Positions 49,322-60,076 of a stretch of 64,000 nucleotides of DNA are shown piece after piece (position 1 is the stretch's first letter; each line of letters starts with the position of its first letter). The notes below the pieces were generated by a model. The model made no database searches, had not been told where the DNA came from, and was given only the letters and a program-made list of their open reading frames with translations. The DNA comes from an uncultured Acidobacteriota bacterium. GTDB taxonomy: Bacteria; Acidobacteriota; Polarisedimenticolia; J045. The stretch is taken from assembly GCA_963702425.1 (NCBI GenBank), contig CAVPCQ010000036.1:13937-77936 (forward strand). Reading direction: 5' to 3'. A program made the translations under genes and the position numbers.

Positions 49322-51723
49322 GTGCGGGAAGTCACGCTGGGCATCACGGGGATGCACTGCGCGGCCTGCCAGGGGCGCGTGGAGCGAGCGCTCGCGGCGC
49401 TGCCGGGTGTCGTCGAAGCCCACGTCAACCTGATGACCGGCCAAGCCGCGGTGAGCTTCGATCCCGCGGCCGTCGCCCCGCCGCAACTGGCCGCCGCGGT
49501 CCGCGAAATCGGTTACGAGGCCGCGCTCCCCGACCCGCGCGTGACGGCGATCGAGGAGCAGGCGCGCCAGGACGCGGCCCGCGCCGCGGAGTACCGTGCC
49601 CTCTCCGCGCGCGCCCTCTTCGCGGCCGGGGCCAGCGTGCTGGCGATGCTGCTCTCGATGCCGCTGATGGCGGCGCTCGCCGGCGACCACCACGCCGAGG
49701 CCTCGGACCCGCTGATGCGGGCCGCGATGCGCTGGCTCGACCCGGCGGTGCGGGCGGCCTTCCCGGGTGCCTACCGGCTGCCGGCGGGCGTGCTCGGAGC
49801 GCTGCTCATCGCGCTGACGCTGGCGACGATGACCTGGGCCGGCGGCCGCTTCTACGCGCGCGCCTGGGCCGGGCTGAAGCATCGCTCGGCCGACATGAGC
49901 ACGCTGATCGCCGTCGGCACCGGCGCGGCCTTCGTGTTCTCGGTTGCAGCGACGCTGGCGCCGGGTTTCTTCCTCGATCACGGTGTCGCGCCGGAGGTCT
50001 ACTTCGAGGCGGTGACGATGATCATCGCCCTGATCCTGCTCGGGAACGCGCTCGAGGCCCGCGCCAAGCGACAGACCTCCGCCGCGCTGCGCGCGCTGGC
50101 CGACCTGCAGCCGCCGCGCGCGCGGGTCGTGCGCGACGGCGCGGAGCGCGAGCTGCCGGTCGAGGAGGTCCGGCCGGGCGACGCCGTGTTGGTTCGTCCC
50201 GGCGAGCGGATCGCGGTCGACGGCATCGTGCTCTCCGGGGCGTCGGCGGTGGACGAGGCGCTGGTGACCGGCGAGTCGCTGCCGGTGGCCAAGGGCGACG
50301 GGGACGCCGTGATCGGCGGGACGATCAACGGCAACGGCGCGCTGACGCTGCGCGCAACGACGCTCGGCGCGGAGTCGGTGCTGTCGCGGATCGTCGAGCT
50401 GATGCGCTCGGCCCAGGCGACGCGGGCCCCGATCCAGGGGCTGGCCGACCGGGTCAGCGCGGTCTTCGTGCCGGTCGTGATCGGGATCGCGGCGTTGACC
50501 TTCCTGGCGTGGATGCTGCTCGCGGGCGACGGGGCGCTGGTGCGCGGGCTGGCCGCGGCCGTGTCGGTCCTGATCATCGCCTGCCCCTGCGCGATGGGGC
50601 TCGCGGTCCCGACCGCGGTGATGGTGGCGACCGGCAAGGGGGCGCAGCTCGGCCTGCTGATCAAGGGGGGCGAGGCGCTGCAGCGCGCGGGCAGCGTCGA
50701 CACGATCGTGCTCGACAAGACCGGCACGCTGACGGCGGGGGCGCCGCGCGTGACGGAGATCGTCGCGCGGGCGGGGGCAGGCGAGTCCGTGGCGCCGAGG
50801 GTGGGGCCGGCGGTGCCGAGGCCGGTCGCGCGGCGGCCGAAGCCGCACTGCTGCGGCGGACGGCGTCGCTCGAGCGCTCGTCCGAGCATCCGCTCGCGGC
50901 GGCGATCGTCGCCGCGGCGAAGGAGCGCGGCCTGCCACTGGGCGACGTCTCGGGCTTCGCGGCGCTGCCGGGACGCGGGGCGTCGGGCGTCGTCGACGGG
51001 CGCCGGGTGGCCGCCGGAAGCGCCGCGTTCATGGCGTCGCTCGGCGTCGACATCGCGCCGCTGGCGGCCGACGCGGAGCGCCTGGCGGCCGAGGGGCGGA
51101 GCGTGATCTTCGTCGCGATGGACGGCCTCGCGGAGGGGCTGGTCGCTGCGACGGACCCGCCGCGGCCGGACGCGCGCGCGGTGGTCGCGCGGCTGCGCGA
51201 GCTGGGACTTGCGCCGCTGATGGTGACCGGCGACGCGCCGCGGGCCGCGCAGGCGGTCGCGCGGCAGGTCGGGCTGGCGGAGTCGGAAGTCGTCGCCGGC
51301 GTGCTGCCGGAGGGGAAGGTCGAGGAGGTGCGGCGGCTGCAGGCCGAGGGGCGCGTCGTCGCCATGGCCGGCGACGGGATCAACGACGCGCCGGCGCTGG
51401 CCCAGGCCGACGTCGGGATCGCGGTCGGCGCGGGCGCGGGCGTCGCGCTCGAGGCGAGCGACGTCACGCTGATGCGGCGCGACCTGTCCGGGATTCCCGC
51501 CGCGATCGAGCTCTCGCGCCGCACGATGCGGACGATGAAGCAGAACCTCTTCTGGGCCTTCGTCTACAACGTGATCGGGATCCCCGTCGCGGCCGGCGCG
51601 CTCTACCCCGCCTTCGGAATCCTGCTCAGCCCGATCCTCGCCGGCGCGGCGATGGCGGTCAGCTCGGTCAGCGTCGTGAGCAACAGCTTGCGGCTGGCGC
51701 GGTGGCGGCCGCGGGAGGGCTGA
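49322..51723 (+). CDS. copA: Cu(I)-translocating P1B-1 ATPase; frameshift near 50770-50800
   Basis: GMHCAAC, YFEA, TGES, CPC and DKTGT in one frame; [16 protein letters not shown] and MAVSS in another. Confidence 0.9.
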
Positions 51724-51745
51724 CGGCCCGCACCGAGCGGCAGGC

Positions 51746-52564
51746 GTGATCCCTGGGGTAGACTTCGGCCGTGCCGGTCCCCTTCCCGAGAGGAGTCGGT
51801 TCGTGCGTGCAGGCCCTCTGATACTGACTTCCCTGTGCGTCGCCGCGCTCGCCGGCGGCGACGGGCCCGTCGCGGTGGCAGGATCGGCGGAGGCCGATGC
51901 GTGGGCAGGGTCCGTGCTCGCGGCGCTGCACGCCCGCGAGATCCCGTGCCCGCAGCCGTTCGCCGGAGACTCCGCCGTCCGAGCCCACTGTGCCGCGCTC
52001 GCGCTTCCCTGGAGCGAATTCACGGACGCATGGCGCGCGGCACTCCGCGGGAGTACGCCGGCCGCGGATTCCTACACGAGCTGGAAGCGCGACGAGAGCG
52101 CAAAACGGAGCACCTGGATCGTCGCCGAGGTTCCGGTCGAGGTGGTGCGCGAAACGACTGGCGATGGGCTCTTTATCTCCGTGCCGCGCGGCTTCGTCGA
52201 CTGCGCCTCGCTGACCTGGCCTGACGCGATCGAGCTTGCACCGGGCGGCTCCGACGGCATCACACCGCCCGTGCTGGTGCAGCGCACGGACGCCGTGCTC
52301 CCGAAGCGCGAGTTCGATGTCTGGTCGAAAGCACGGATTGTCTTGCGCGGGGTCCTTGGCACCGACGGCCGCATCGGCCCGAGCTGCGTCGATTCGGCGG
52401 AGCGTGCCAGCCCCGTGGTGATCGGGGCCTGGCTTCGCGCCGTGTCGCAGTGGCGCTTCCGCCCGGCGATCAAGGACGGGCAGGCGGTTGCCGTTCATTG
52501 GAAGACGATCGTCCGGTACAACTCCTCGGCCCGGGAGGATGATGCCGTGGACGCGAAACCGTAG
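51746..52564 (+). CDS. Secreted protein with a C-terminal TonB_C-like domain; start uncertain
   Basis: Hydrophobic N-terminus; ITPPVLV...GTDGRI...AVSQWRFRPAIKDGQAVAV. Confidence 0.6.
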   Translation: MIPGVDFGRAGPLPERSRFVRAGPLILTSLCVAALAGGDGPVAVAGSAEADAWAGSVLAALHAREIPCPQPFAGDSAVRAHCAALALPWSEFTDAWRAALRGSTPAADSYTSWKRDESAKRSTWIVAEVPVEVVRETTGDGLFISVPRGFVDCASLTWPDAIELAPGGSDGITPPVLVQRTDAVLPKREFDVWSKARIVLRGVLGTDGRIGPSCVDSAERASPVVIGAWLRAVSQWRFRPAIKDGQAVAVHWKTIVRYNSSAREDDAVDAKP

Positions 52565-52586
52565 GCGTCGGAAGTCGCCGTCGCGT

Positions 52587-52957
52587 TCACTCCTCTGGCA
52601 GAAGCTGCGGGTGACGCGCGCGGAGCCACGCGAGGAGATCCTCCCGCAGGCGAACCGCCAGCGCTCGAGTCGTGGAAGCGTCCGCGTCGGAGACGAGTCC
52701 GATCCGCTCGTAGCCCGTGACATTCCGCTTCTTCCGGAAGGCCTCGAGAGTATTCACGGTCCCGGGTCGGCGCCGATCGTCTCCCGCAGCGACTGGATCA
52801 CGCGGTGATGATGTTGATCCCTCGAGGCGCGGTAGCCTCCCGCGGCCGCGCTATCTGTGAGATCGCGCTCCACCACCCGGAGGAGATCGCGGATCTCGCT
52901 CGCGCTGCTGCGGTGGGCCGTCAGCCAGCCGTTCCGCTCCCAGTCCGCCAAGCTCAT
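52587..52957 (-). pseudogene. HEPN-like toxin gene, disrupted
   Basis: MSLADWERNGWL...VERDL.. is followed by a frameshift near 52757; the other frame continues VNTLEAFRKKRNVTGYERIG...HPQLLPEE*. Confidence 0.65.
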
Positions 52958-53555
52958 CCGACCCTCCGATGACGAACAGGTGCGGCTCCAGCAGAATGCT
53001 CGTCAGGAAGTGGTGACCGCCACGGATCTTCTCGCGGAATTCGGCGGGCGGGTAGACGGTCGGGTTCACCTCGCGCCCGATTCGTTGCTGGGCCGGGATC
53101 AGGGCGTCGACGACTGCCGGGAAAGCTGCCTCCCCCACGACCAGCAGGTCGATATCACTGTCATTGCGCAGATCGCCGCGTGCCACCGACCCGAAGACGA
53201 AGGCCAGCACGATGCGGTCGGCAAGCGGTGCGAGTGCCTCGCGCAACACGTCGACGGCGCCGGTCGTTTTCAGGAGGAGCGATCGCAACTCCGGAAAGAT
53301 CGGCGAGGCGCGATTCGCCTGGAAGTAGACCTGCCGCCCCGCCACCGTGCGCTGGAGGATCCCGGCGCTCGTGAGGGCACTGAGTTCACGCTGGACCGCG
53401 CCGTGCGCGGCACCCGTTTGCCTCACGATCTGGCGCAGGTAGAAGGCCTCGTCGGCGTGACCGAGAAGCCAGGCCAGGAGGCGGCGCCGTGTCTGCCCGA
53501 ACAGGACGGCGCCGGGGTCTCTTGGGGCGGGTCCCTGCCGGCCGGTCGTACTCAT
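52851..53555 (-). CDS. wHTH + minimal nucleotidyltransferase (MNT antitoxin)
   Basis: N-terminal HTH (LRQIVRQTG...VQREL), FGSVARG...SDIDLLVVG, GREVNP. Confidence 0.88.
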   Translation of the reverse strand: MSTTGRQGPAPRDPGAVLFGQTRRRLLAWLLGHADEAFYLRQIVRQTGAAHGAVQRELSALTSAGILQRTVAGRQVYFQANRASPIFPELRSLLLKTTGAVDVLREALAPLADRIVLAFVFGSVARGDLRNDSDIDLLVVGEAAFPAVVDALIPAQQRIGREVNPTVYPPAEFREKIRGGHHFLTSILLEPHLFVIGGSDELGGLGAERLADGPPQQRERDPRSPPGGGARSHR

Positions 53556-53593
53556 TTCGGATACAAATGTACTCGATTCGAGTACGAAGTCAA
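53548..53593 (-). promoter_or_regulatory. MNT-HEPN promoter with two palindromic operators
   Basis: TTGACT-N16-TACATT. Perfect palindrome GTACTCGA-T-TCGAGTAC (53569-53585) and a degenerate copy (53548-53564) over the start codon. Confidence 0.75.
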
Positions 53594-53673
53594 CGGATCG
53601 ACCGCGCGGCGGACCGGGACCCGGTCCTCATGGAAGGCACGGACGCAGGCCACGGTCGGGATCGCGGTCGGCG

Positions 53674-55740
53674 TCACCCCACCCGCAGCACCATCATCGT
53701 CGCGTCGTCGGACAGCTCCGCTCCCGCGCGGAACGTCCGGACGGCGTCGTCGACACGGGTGAGGACGGCGTCGATGCCGTGCCGCTTCACCGTGGCGAGC
53801 AGCTCCTCGAGCCGCTCGGTGCCGTACTGCTCGCCCTGCGGGTCGAAGGCCTCGACGATCCCGTCGGTGTAGAAGAAGAGCAGGTCGCCGGGCGCGACGA
53901 GCGTGCGCTGCTCGTCGTGGTGCATCCCGTCGAACATGCCGAGCGGCACGCCGGTCGCCTCGAGCCGGTCCACCCCGCCGTCCGCGCGCACGACGAAGGG
54001 CGGGTTGTGGCCCGCGTTGACCCAGCGCAGGGTCCGCCCGTCGGCCTCGAGCACCGCCGCGAAGAGGGTCAGGAAGACCTCGGACGGGGTGTTGGCGGCG
54101 ACCTCGCGGTCGAGGTCGATCACCAGCCGCGCCAGGTTCGGCTCGAGCGGCAGCAGCGCGCGCAGGGCCGCCTGCGCGTTGGCCATCAGGAGTGCCGCGC
54201 CGACCCCCTTCCCCGAGACGTCGCCGACCAGCAGCGCGAGCGCGCCGTCGGCGAGAGCGAAGTAGTTGAAGAAGTCGCCGCCGACCTCACGTGCCGGGAT
54301 CGAGACGCCCTTCACCTCGGAGAGCCCGACGCGAAGCGGCTGCTTCGGCAGCATCTCGACCTGGATCTGGCGGCAGACCTCCAGCTCGCGCCGCATCCGC
54401 TCCTGCTCGACGACCTGCGAGCGCTGGCTCTGCAGGTCGGCTGCCATCTGGTTCACGGCGCGACCCAGCTCGCCGATCTCGCCGCCCTCGCGCACGTCGA
54501 TCCGCGCCGACAGGTCGCCGGCCGCGATCTTCCGAACCCCGTTCGTCAGGTCGACGACCGGCCGGGTCATCCGCCGCGACAGCGGGAAGACCAGCCCGGA
54601 CGCGAGAGCGATCACTCCCAGCCCGATGCCGAGGTTCCGGACCAGCGAGATCTGCATCGCCCGCAGCGATTCGCCGATCGGCCGCGCGAGGCCGAGCATC
54701 ACCCCGGTCGCCTCGTCGCGCTGGGCGACCACGACCCAGGTCTCGCCGCCGCCCGTCACCTCGACGCTCTTGCCCGGCCGCACCCGCTCCGCGACGGAAA
54801 GCGCTCGCAGCACCGGCTCCTGCCGCGGGTCGGGCGTGAAGAGCCTTCCGTCCGCGGCGACGGCGAACGGGATCTCCCCCGTCTCCCCGCGCGTGTTGGC
54901 GACCACCGTTCCGAGCAGGCGCGGGATCGACAGGCGCGCCTTGAGGTCGGCTTCCCCACCGCTGGGCCGCCGGATCCGGAAGGTGAGCTCGCGGCCTTCC
55001 GGCGCCGGCGGCGCCGCTGGAGCAGGCGGCGCGGGCGGCGCGGGGGGAGCCTCCACCGCGTCCACCGACAGCGGCGGCTCCGGCGGCGGCACGGCCTGGC
55101 CCGCGATCTTCGCGCTACGCTGCTGCTCCTCGACCTGCCGGGCGACGCGCGCCAGTTCGCGCTCGGTGGCTTCCGCTTGCTGGCGGATCGACTGTTCGAT
55201 CGCGCGGCGGGCCTCGGGCGGCAGCTTGTCGAGCGCACCGTACGTCACGTTCGTGCCGTCGACCACGACGTCGGGAACGAACCCCTTGACGTTCTTCAGG
55301 ATCTCGCCGAGATCGACGACGACGGGAGCCGCGGCCGCCCCGGCACCGGGGCCACCGGCGTCTCTCCCCTGGGGCACCAACTCGACCCGGTCGAGCAGCG
55401 CCGTCGCCGCGCCAAGCTCCCGCTCCAACTCGGCGAGCAGCTGCTCGGAACTCTCGGCCCCGGCTCCGGCCGGATCGGCGGGCGCGCCGGGAAGCGCGGG
55501 GATCGCCGCAACCGGTCGGGCCGTGGCGTCCCGCCGCCCCAGCCCTTCCACCCGGCGCGAGACGTCCGCGGCGACCGCACCCATGCGCCGCGTCATCTCC
55601 GCCGCCGTCGAACGCCCCTGCGCCTCGGCCGTCTCGCGCAGCGCGGCCAGGGAGGAGCGGTACGACAGGAGCGTGACCAGCGCGACCGGCAGCACCGAGG
55701 CGGCGAGCAGGGCGAGCAGCAGGCGGGTGCGCAGCTTCAT
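53674..55740 (-). CDS. Membrane PP2C/SpoIIE Ser phosphatase with a HAMP domain (RsbU-like)
   Basis: Two TM helices, HAMP, VGGDFF, GDVSGKG, NAGHNPP, YTDG, DDATM. Confidence 0.92.
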   Translation of the reverse strand: MKLRTRLLLALLAASVLPVALVTLLSYRSSLAALRETAEAQGRSTAAEMTRRMGAVAADVSRRVEGLGRRDATARPVAAIPALPGAPADPAGAGAESSEQLLAELERELGAATALLDRVELVPQGRDAGGPGAGAAAAPVVVDLGEILKNVKGFVPDVVVDGTNVTYGALDKLPPEARRAIEQSIRQQAEATERELARVARQVEEQQRSAKIAGQAVPPPEPPLSVDAVEAPPAPPAPPAPAAPPAPEGRELTFRIRRPSGGEADLKARLSIPRLLGTVVANTRGETGEIPFAVAADGRLFTPDPRQEPVLRALSVAERVRPGKSVEVTGGGETWVVVAQRDEATGVMLGLARPIGESLRAMQISLVRNLGIGLGVIALASGLVFPLSRRMTRPVVDLTNGVRKIAAGDLSARIDVREGGEIGELGRAVNQMAADLQSQRSQVVEQERMRRELEVCRQIQVEMLPKQPLRVGLSEVKGVSIPAREVGGDFFNYFALADGALALLVGDVSGKGVGAALLMANAQAALRALLPLEPNLARLVIDLDREVAANTPSEVFLTLFAAVLEADGRTLRWVNAGHNPPFVVRADGGVDRLEATGVPLGMFDGMHHDEQRTLVAPGDLLFFYTDGIVEAFDPQGEQYGTERLEELLATVKRHGIDAVLTRVDDAVRTFRAGAELSDDATMMVLRVG

Positions 55741-55949
55741 GGCTTACTCACGCGATGGCCGTCCGTTCCTTGACCATCCGCTCGCCTTCGCGCCGAGCGG
55801 GCGTCTCATCGAGGCGATTCCCGGGGGGCCCGTGGGGTAGGCGCCCCGGGGATGGAGGGGCGCGACAGCCTATTCCGCGGGGTGCGAGGACGCTAATCGC
55901 TGCCGGGGTCGGGCCGCCGCGCCCGCCGGCCCACCCCTAGAATGGCGAG

Positions 55950-56459
55950 ATGACCGACGACCCCCTGCCCCCTCCCCCGGAGAGCGCAGCCCCGCGCTGG
56001 CTACTCCTGCACCCGGGCATCCGCACGGTCTGGCGGATCAGCAGCGTGATCGCCACGCCGATCGTCGCGGTCACCGCCGCCGGGCTGGCCCGCGCGCTCG
56101 AGGAGGCGGTCGCGCTGCCGCTTCGGTGGTGGGCGGTCGGGCTCATCGTCGCGCCGCTGTTCCTCGCCGGGAACTGGTGGTTCTCCGGACGGCGGTTCGC
56201 TGCCTGGCGCTACGCGCTCTCAGCCGACGACCTGGCCGTCGAGCACGGCGTCTTCTGGCGCATCGCACGCACGATTCCGCGGGTCCGGATCCAGCACGTC
56301 GACGTCCACTCGGGCCCGCTCGACCGCGCGCTCGGACTGGCCCAGATCTCGATCTACACCGCGGGCTCGGAAGGCGCGGTGGAGACCATTCCGGGCCTCG
56401 AGCCGGCCATCGCCGACGGCTTGCGCGACGCGCTGCTCGGCCTCTCCGCGCGCCCGTGA
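55950..56459 (+). CDS. YdbS-like bacterial PH-domain membrane protein
   Basis: Two TM helices, RIQHVDVHSGPLDRALGLA..TAGS, IPGL. Confidence 0.88.
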   Translation: MTDDPLPPPPESAAPRWLLLHPGIRTVWRISSVIATPIVAVTAAGLARALEEAVALPLRWWAVGLIVAPLFLAGNWWFSGRRFAAWRYALSADDLAVEHGVFWRIARTIPRVRIQHVDVHSGPLDRALGLAQISIYTAGSEGAVETIPGLEPAIADGLRDALLGLSARP

Positions 56460-58033
56460 TCGAGCGCGCGGTCCCGTCCGAGGCGTGGCACCGCCTCCAC
56501 CCGCTGACCGTCGTCACGGAGCTGCTGCGCCTGGTCGGCCAGTTCGCGTACGTACTGATCGCCGCGCTGGCCGCGCGCTTCCTCGGAGCTTCGGAGCGCT
56601 TCAACGACCCGTTCCTGGTCGCGATCGGCGGCGTCGGCATCCTGGTCGCGCTGCTGCGCTACCTGTCGCTGCGCTTCGCGGTCTGGGAGGGGACGCTCTA
56701 CATCCGCCGTGGCGTCATCTTTCGCCAGGCGCGTACGATTCCGATCGACCGGATCCAGAACATCGACCTCAAGCAGAACCTGCTCGGTCGGCTGACCGGG
56801 GTCGTGGACCTGAGGGTCGAGACCGCGTCCGGCAGCGGCGCGGAGGCCGAGCTGTCGGTGCTGTCGCGGGCCGCGGCGGAGCGGCTGAAGTCCGAGCTGG
56901 CCGAGCACCGGACGGGGCCGGTCGCCGCCTGCGCCGACGACCGCCCAGCCACCGCGGAGGGAGTCGCCCAACCGGAGGGCCGCGCGCCGGCCACGACGGC
57001 CGCGCCGCCCCCCTTCGCGACCACCGCGCGCATCCCGATCTGGCAGGCCTCGCTCGGCGACCTGCTGCTGCTCGGCGCGACCCAGAATCGCGCCGGCGCG
57101 ATCCTCGGCGGGCTGGCCAGCCTCTACTTCGTCGTCGACGGATACTCGGGCCTCAGCGCCCGCGCGGGCGTCGACGCGGCGCGCGCGCTGGGCGGCCTCG
57201 GGGCTTGGGCCGCCGCCGCCGTCGCGCTGCTGGCGCTGGCGCTGCTCTTCGCCGGCGGCTGGATCCTGTCGATCCTCTTCACGGTGGTGAAGTACGCCGG
57301 CTTCACGCTGGCCGAGGCGGGGGGCGGGCGCCTCGTGCGCTCGTACGGCCTGACCACGCGCTACGAGAGCGTGATCCCGTTGCGCCGGGTGCAGGCGCTG
57401 CGGCTGGTCGCCAACTGGCCCAAGCGCGCCCTCGGCTACTGGACGGTCTACGCCGAGACGGCCGGCTCGTTCGTCGACAAGGAAGCAGGCGGCGCCTCGA
57501 TCGTCGTACCGCTGCTCGACGCCCGCCAGCGAGGAGACTTCGCACGGCGCGTCTTCCCCGGGCTCGATCTCGAGGCCGCGGACTGGCAGCCCGTCAGCCG
57601 CCACGCGATCCGCCGCGGCTTCCTGCGCGCGACGCGGCTGATCGGCCTCGTCTTCCTCGCCGTCGGGGTCTCGTTCGGACGCTGGCCCTGGGTGCCGGTC
57701 GCGCTCCTGCTGGTAGTCGCCGCGGCTTGGGCCTGGCTGCGCTGGCGCGCGCTGCGCTGGGCCCGCGCCGGGGAGTTCTGGCTGGCGGCCGGCGGGGTCT
57801 GGCGGCGCACGGTGTGGATCATCCCGGAAGCGAAGATCCAGTGGGTGGCGGTCGAGCAGAGCCCGTTCCAGCGCCGGCTCGCGATCGCGACGCTCGAGGT
57901 GGCGACGGCCGGTGCGGGGCCCGCTGCGGGGGCGGAGGTGGTCGACCTGCCCGAGGGTCCGGCGCGCGCCTTGGCCGCCGCGCTCGCGGCCCGCGCCGCG
58001 GCCGCCGGAGCGCTGCAGCCCGACGGCGTCTGA
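56456..58033 (+). CDS. YdbT-like multi-PH-domain membrane protein
   Basis: WHRLHP, RIQNIDL..ETASG, RRVQ, KIQWV..QSPFQRRL; GTGA overlap with the upstream gene. Confidence 0.88.
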   Translation: MIERAVPSEAWHRLHPLTVVTELLRLVGQFAYVLIAALAARFLGASERFNDPFLVAIGGVGILVALLRYLSLRFAVWEGTLYIRRGVIFRQARTIPIDRIQNIDLKQNLLGRLTGVVDLRVETASGSGAEAELSVLSRAAAERLKSELAEHRTGPVAACADDRPATAEGVAQPEGRAPATTAAPPPFATTARIPIWQASLGDLLLLGATQNRAGAILGGLASLYFVVDGYSGLSARAGVDAARALGGLGAWAAAAVALLALALLFAGGWILSILFTVVKYAGFTLAEAGGGRLVRSYGLTTRYESVIPLRRVQALRLVANWPKRALGYWTVYAETAGSFVDKEAGGASIVVPLLDARQRGDFARRVFPGLDLEAADWQPVSRHAIRRGFLRATRLIGLVFLAVGVSFGRWPWVPVALLLVVAAAWAWLRWRALRWARAGEFWLAAGGVWRRTVWIIPEAKIQWVAVEQSPFQRRLAIATLEVATAGAGPAAGAEVVDLPEGPARALAAALAARAAAAGALQPDGV

Positions 58034-58049
58034 ACCGGGCTGAGCCCGC

Positions 58050-60076
58050 TCAGATCCGCGAGTCCTCCCGCTTGAAGCGGCGCAGCGCGTCGCGCGTGCC
58101 GAAGACGTAGAGCCGGTCGCCGGCGAACAGGCGCGTCGTCGCCTGCGGCAGCAGGCGCACGGTGCGTCCCCCCTCGCGTCGCCGCAGCACCAGCACCGAG
58201 ACGCCGAATCGCTCGCGCAGGCGCGCCTCGCCGAAGGTCTGCCCGATCAGCGCCGCCGGGATGTCGACCTCCGCCACCTCGTGATCCTCCGGCAGCTCGA
58301 CGTAGGTCGGCTTGGTCTCATCGTCCTCGTGCGCCTCCAGCCGCGCCAGCAGCGAGCGCCGGTGGAGCACCTCCAGCGAGTAGACGCCGAGGATGTCGCG
58401 CTTGGAGACGGTCCCCGCCAGGCGCCGGGAGGCGAGCGACTCCAGCACCGGCAGGCGCTCGCAGTCCTGGACCCAGAAACGGTCGAGCGCCTTCTCCAGC
58501 CGGTCCTCGGGCGTCACGGTCGGGAAGTGGCGGTCGGCCACGTCGCGCGCGTGGAGAGTGCCCGGGTCGGCCGCCTCGCGCAGCGCGCGGCTGGCCTCGT
58601 AAAGGCTGACGACGCCGAGGAAGCGCTCCTCCTCGTCGACGATGTAGATGTGGTTGCGGCGCTCGCGCAGGAAACGGTCGAGCAGCTCGGGGAGCGCTTC
58701 GTCGGCGGCCGCGGTCGCCTGCTCGGTGCGCATCACGTCACTGACGGTCAGGGAGCGCATGACGGCCGCCCCGCCCGCCATCGGCGACGTGCCGCGCTTG
58801 CGCCGCATCGCCTCGGTGTAGATCGACTCGCCCTCGATCCCGCGTGCGACCAGGCTCGCCGCCGCCGCGCCGACTAGCAGCGGCACCACCAGCTGGTAGT
58901 CGAGCGTCATCTCGAAGACCATCAGCACCGCGGTCATCGGGGCGTGAGTGATCCCGGCCAGCAGGCAGCCCATCCCGACCAGCGCGTAGGCCTTGGGATC
59001 GGCGGTCCACCCCGGAAACAGCCAGTGCGCGGTGCCGCCGAAGGCGTCGCCGAGCAGCGCGCCGAGGAAGAGCGTCGGGGTGAAGACGCCGCCCACCGCG
59101 CCGGCGCCGACGGTCAGCGCGCTGAAGACCAGCCGCAGCGCGAACAGCGCCAGCAGGTAGCGCGGCAACCAGTTCTCGGAGAAGAGGTCGAGGATCCCCT
59201 CGCGGCCGTTGCCGACCAGCTCCGGGAACCAGATCAGCGCGATGCCGAAGACCAGCGCGACGAGCGCCATGGAGGCGACCTGCGGCAGCCGGCTGGCCCG
59301 GAACAGGACCCCCGCGCGCCGCAGCGCGCGCAGGAAGAGGACCGCGACGGCGCCGCACAGCACGCCGAGCAGGACGTACAGCACCACCTCCCAGACACTG
59401 ACCATCTGGAACGGCAGGACCTTGAAGACCGGCCAGTCGGCGAACGCCGCGCGCGAAACGAGCGTCGCCAGGACCGAGGCGAAGACCAGCGGCGCGAAGA
59501 CCTCCAGTGCGAAGCTGCCGACGATGATCTCCATCGTGAACAGCGCCGCGCCGACCGGCACGTTGTAGGCGGCGGCGATCCCGGCGGCGGCGCCGGCGGC
59601 GACCAGGATCCGCCGCTGGCGGACCGGGATGCCGAGCCGCCGCGCCCCCCACGAGGCGACGGTCGACGAGAGCAGCACCATCGGCCCCTCGCGCCCGACC
59701 GGCCCGCCGGAGGCGATCGTGAACAGCGAGGAGGTCGCCTTCACCACCGCCGACCGCGCGTGGAGGATCCCGTCGCGCAGCACGACCGCCTCGAGGATGT
59801 CCCAGCCGCGCATCGTGCCGGCCCAGCGCGCGCCCCATGCGAGAACCGCGCCGGCGAGCAGCGCGCCGAGCACCGGGACCGCGATGCGCCAGAGGTACGA
59901 CGACTTCTCGACGGCGTGAACGATGTTCGGGTCGCTCGGCCAGAGCAGCGCCGGGAGCATACCGCGAAGGCGCGGAAGATCACCGCCACCCCGCCGCCGA
60001 GCAGCCCGACCCCCGCCGCGAGCAGCAGCAGCTTGGCCTGGTCGGCCGCCGGTTGCTGGGGAGTGGAGCGGCTCAT
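58050..60076 (-). CDS. ClC (ClcB-like) chloride channel with a CBS pair and a C-terminal TrkA_C/RCK_C domain; frameshift near 59962
   Basis: GREGP, AAAYNVPVG, GGVFTP, SIY, CBS domains, LRERFGVSVLVLRR. The N-terminal helix lies in a different frame starting at ATG 60076. Confidence 0.88.
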
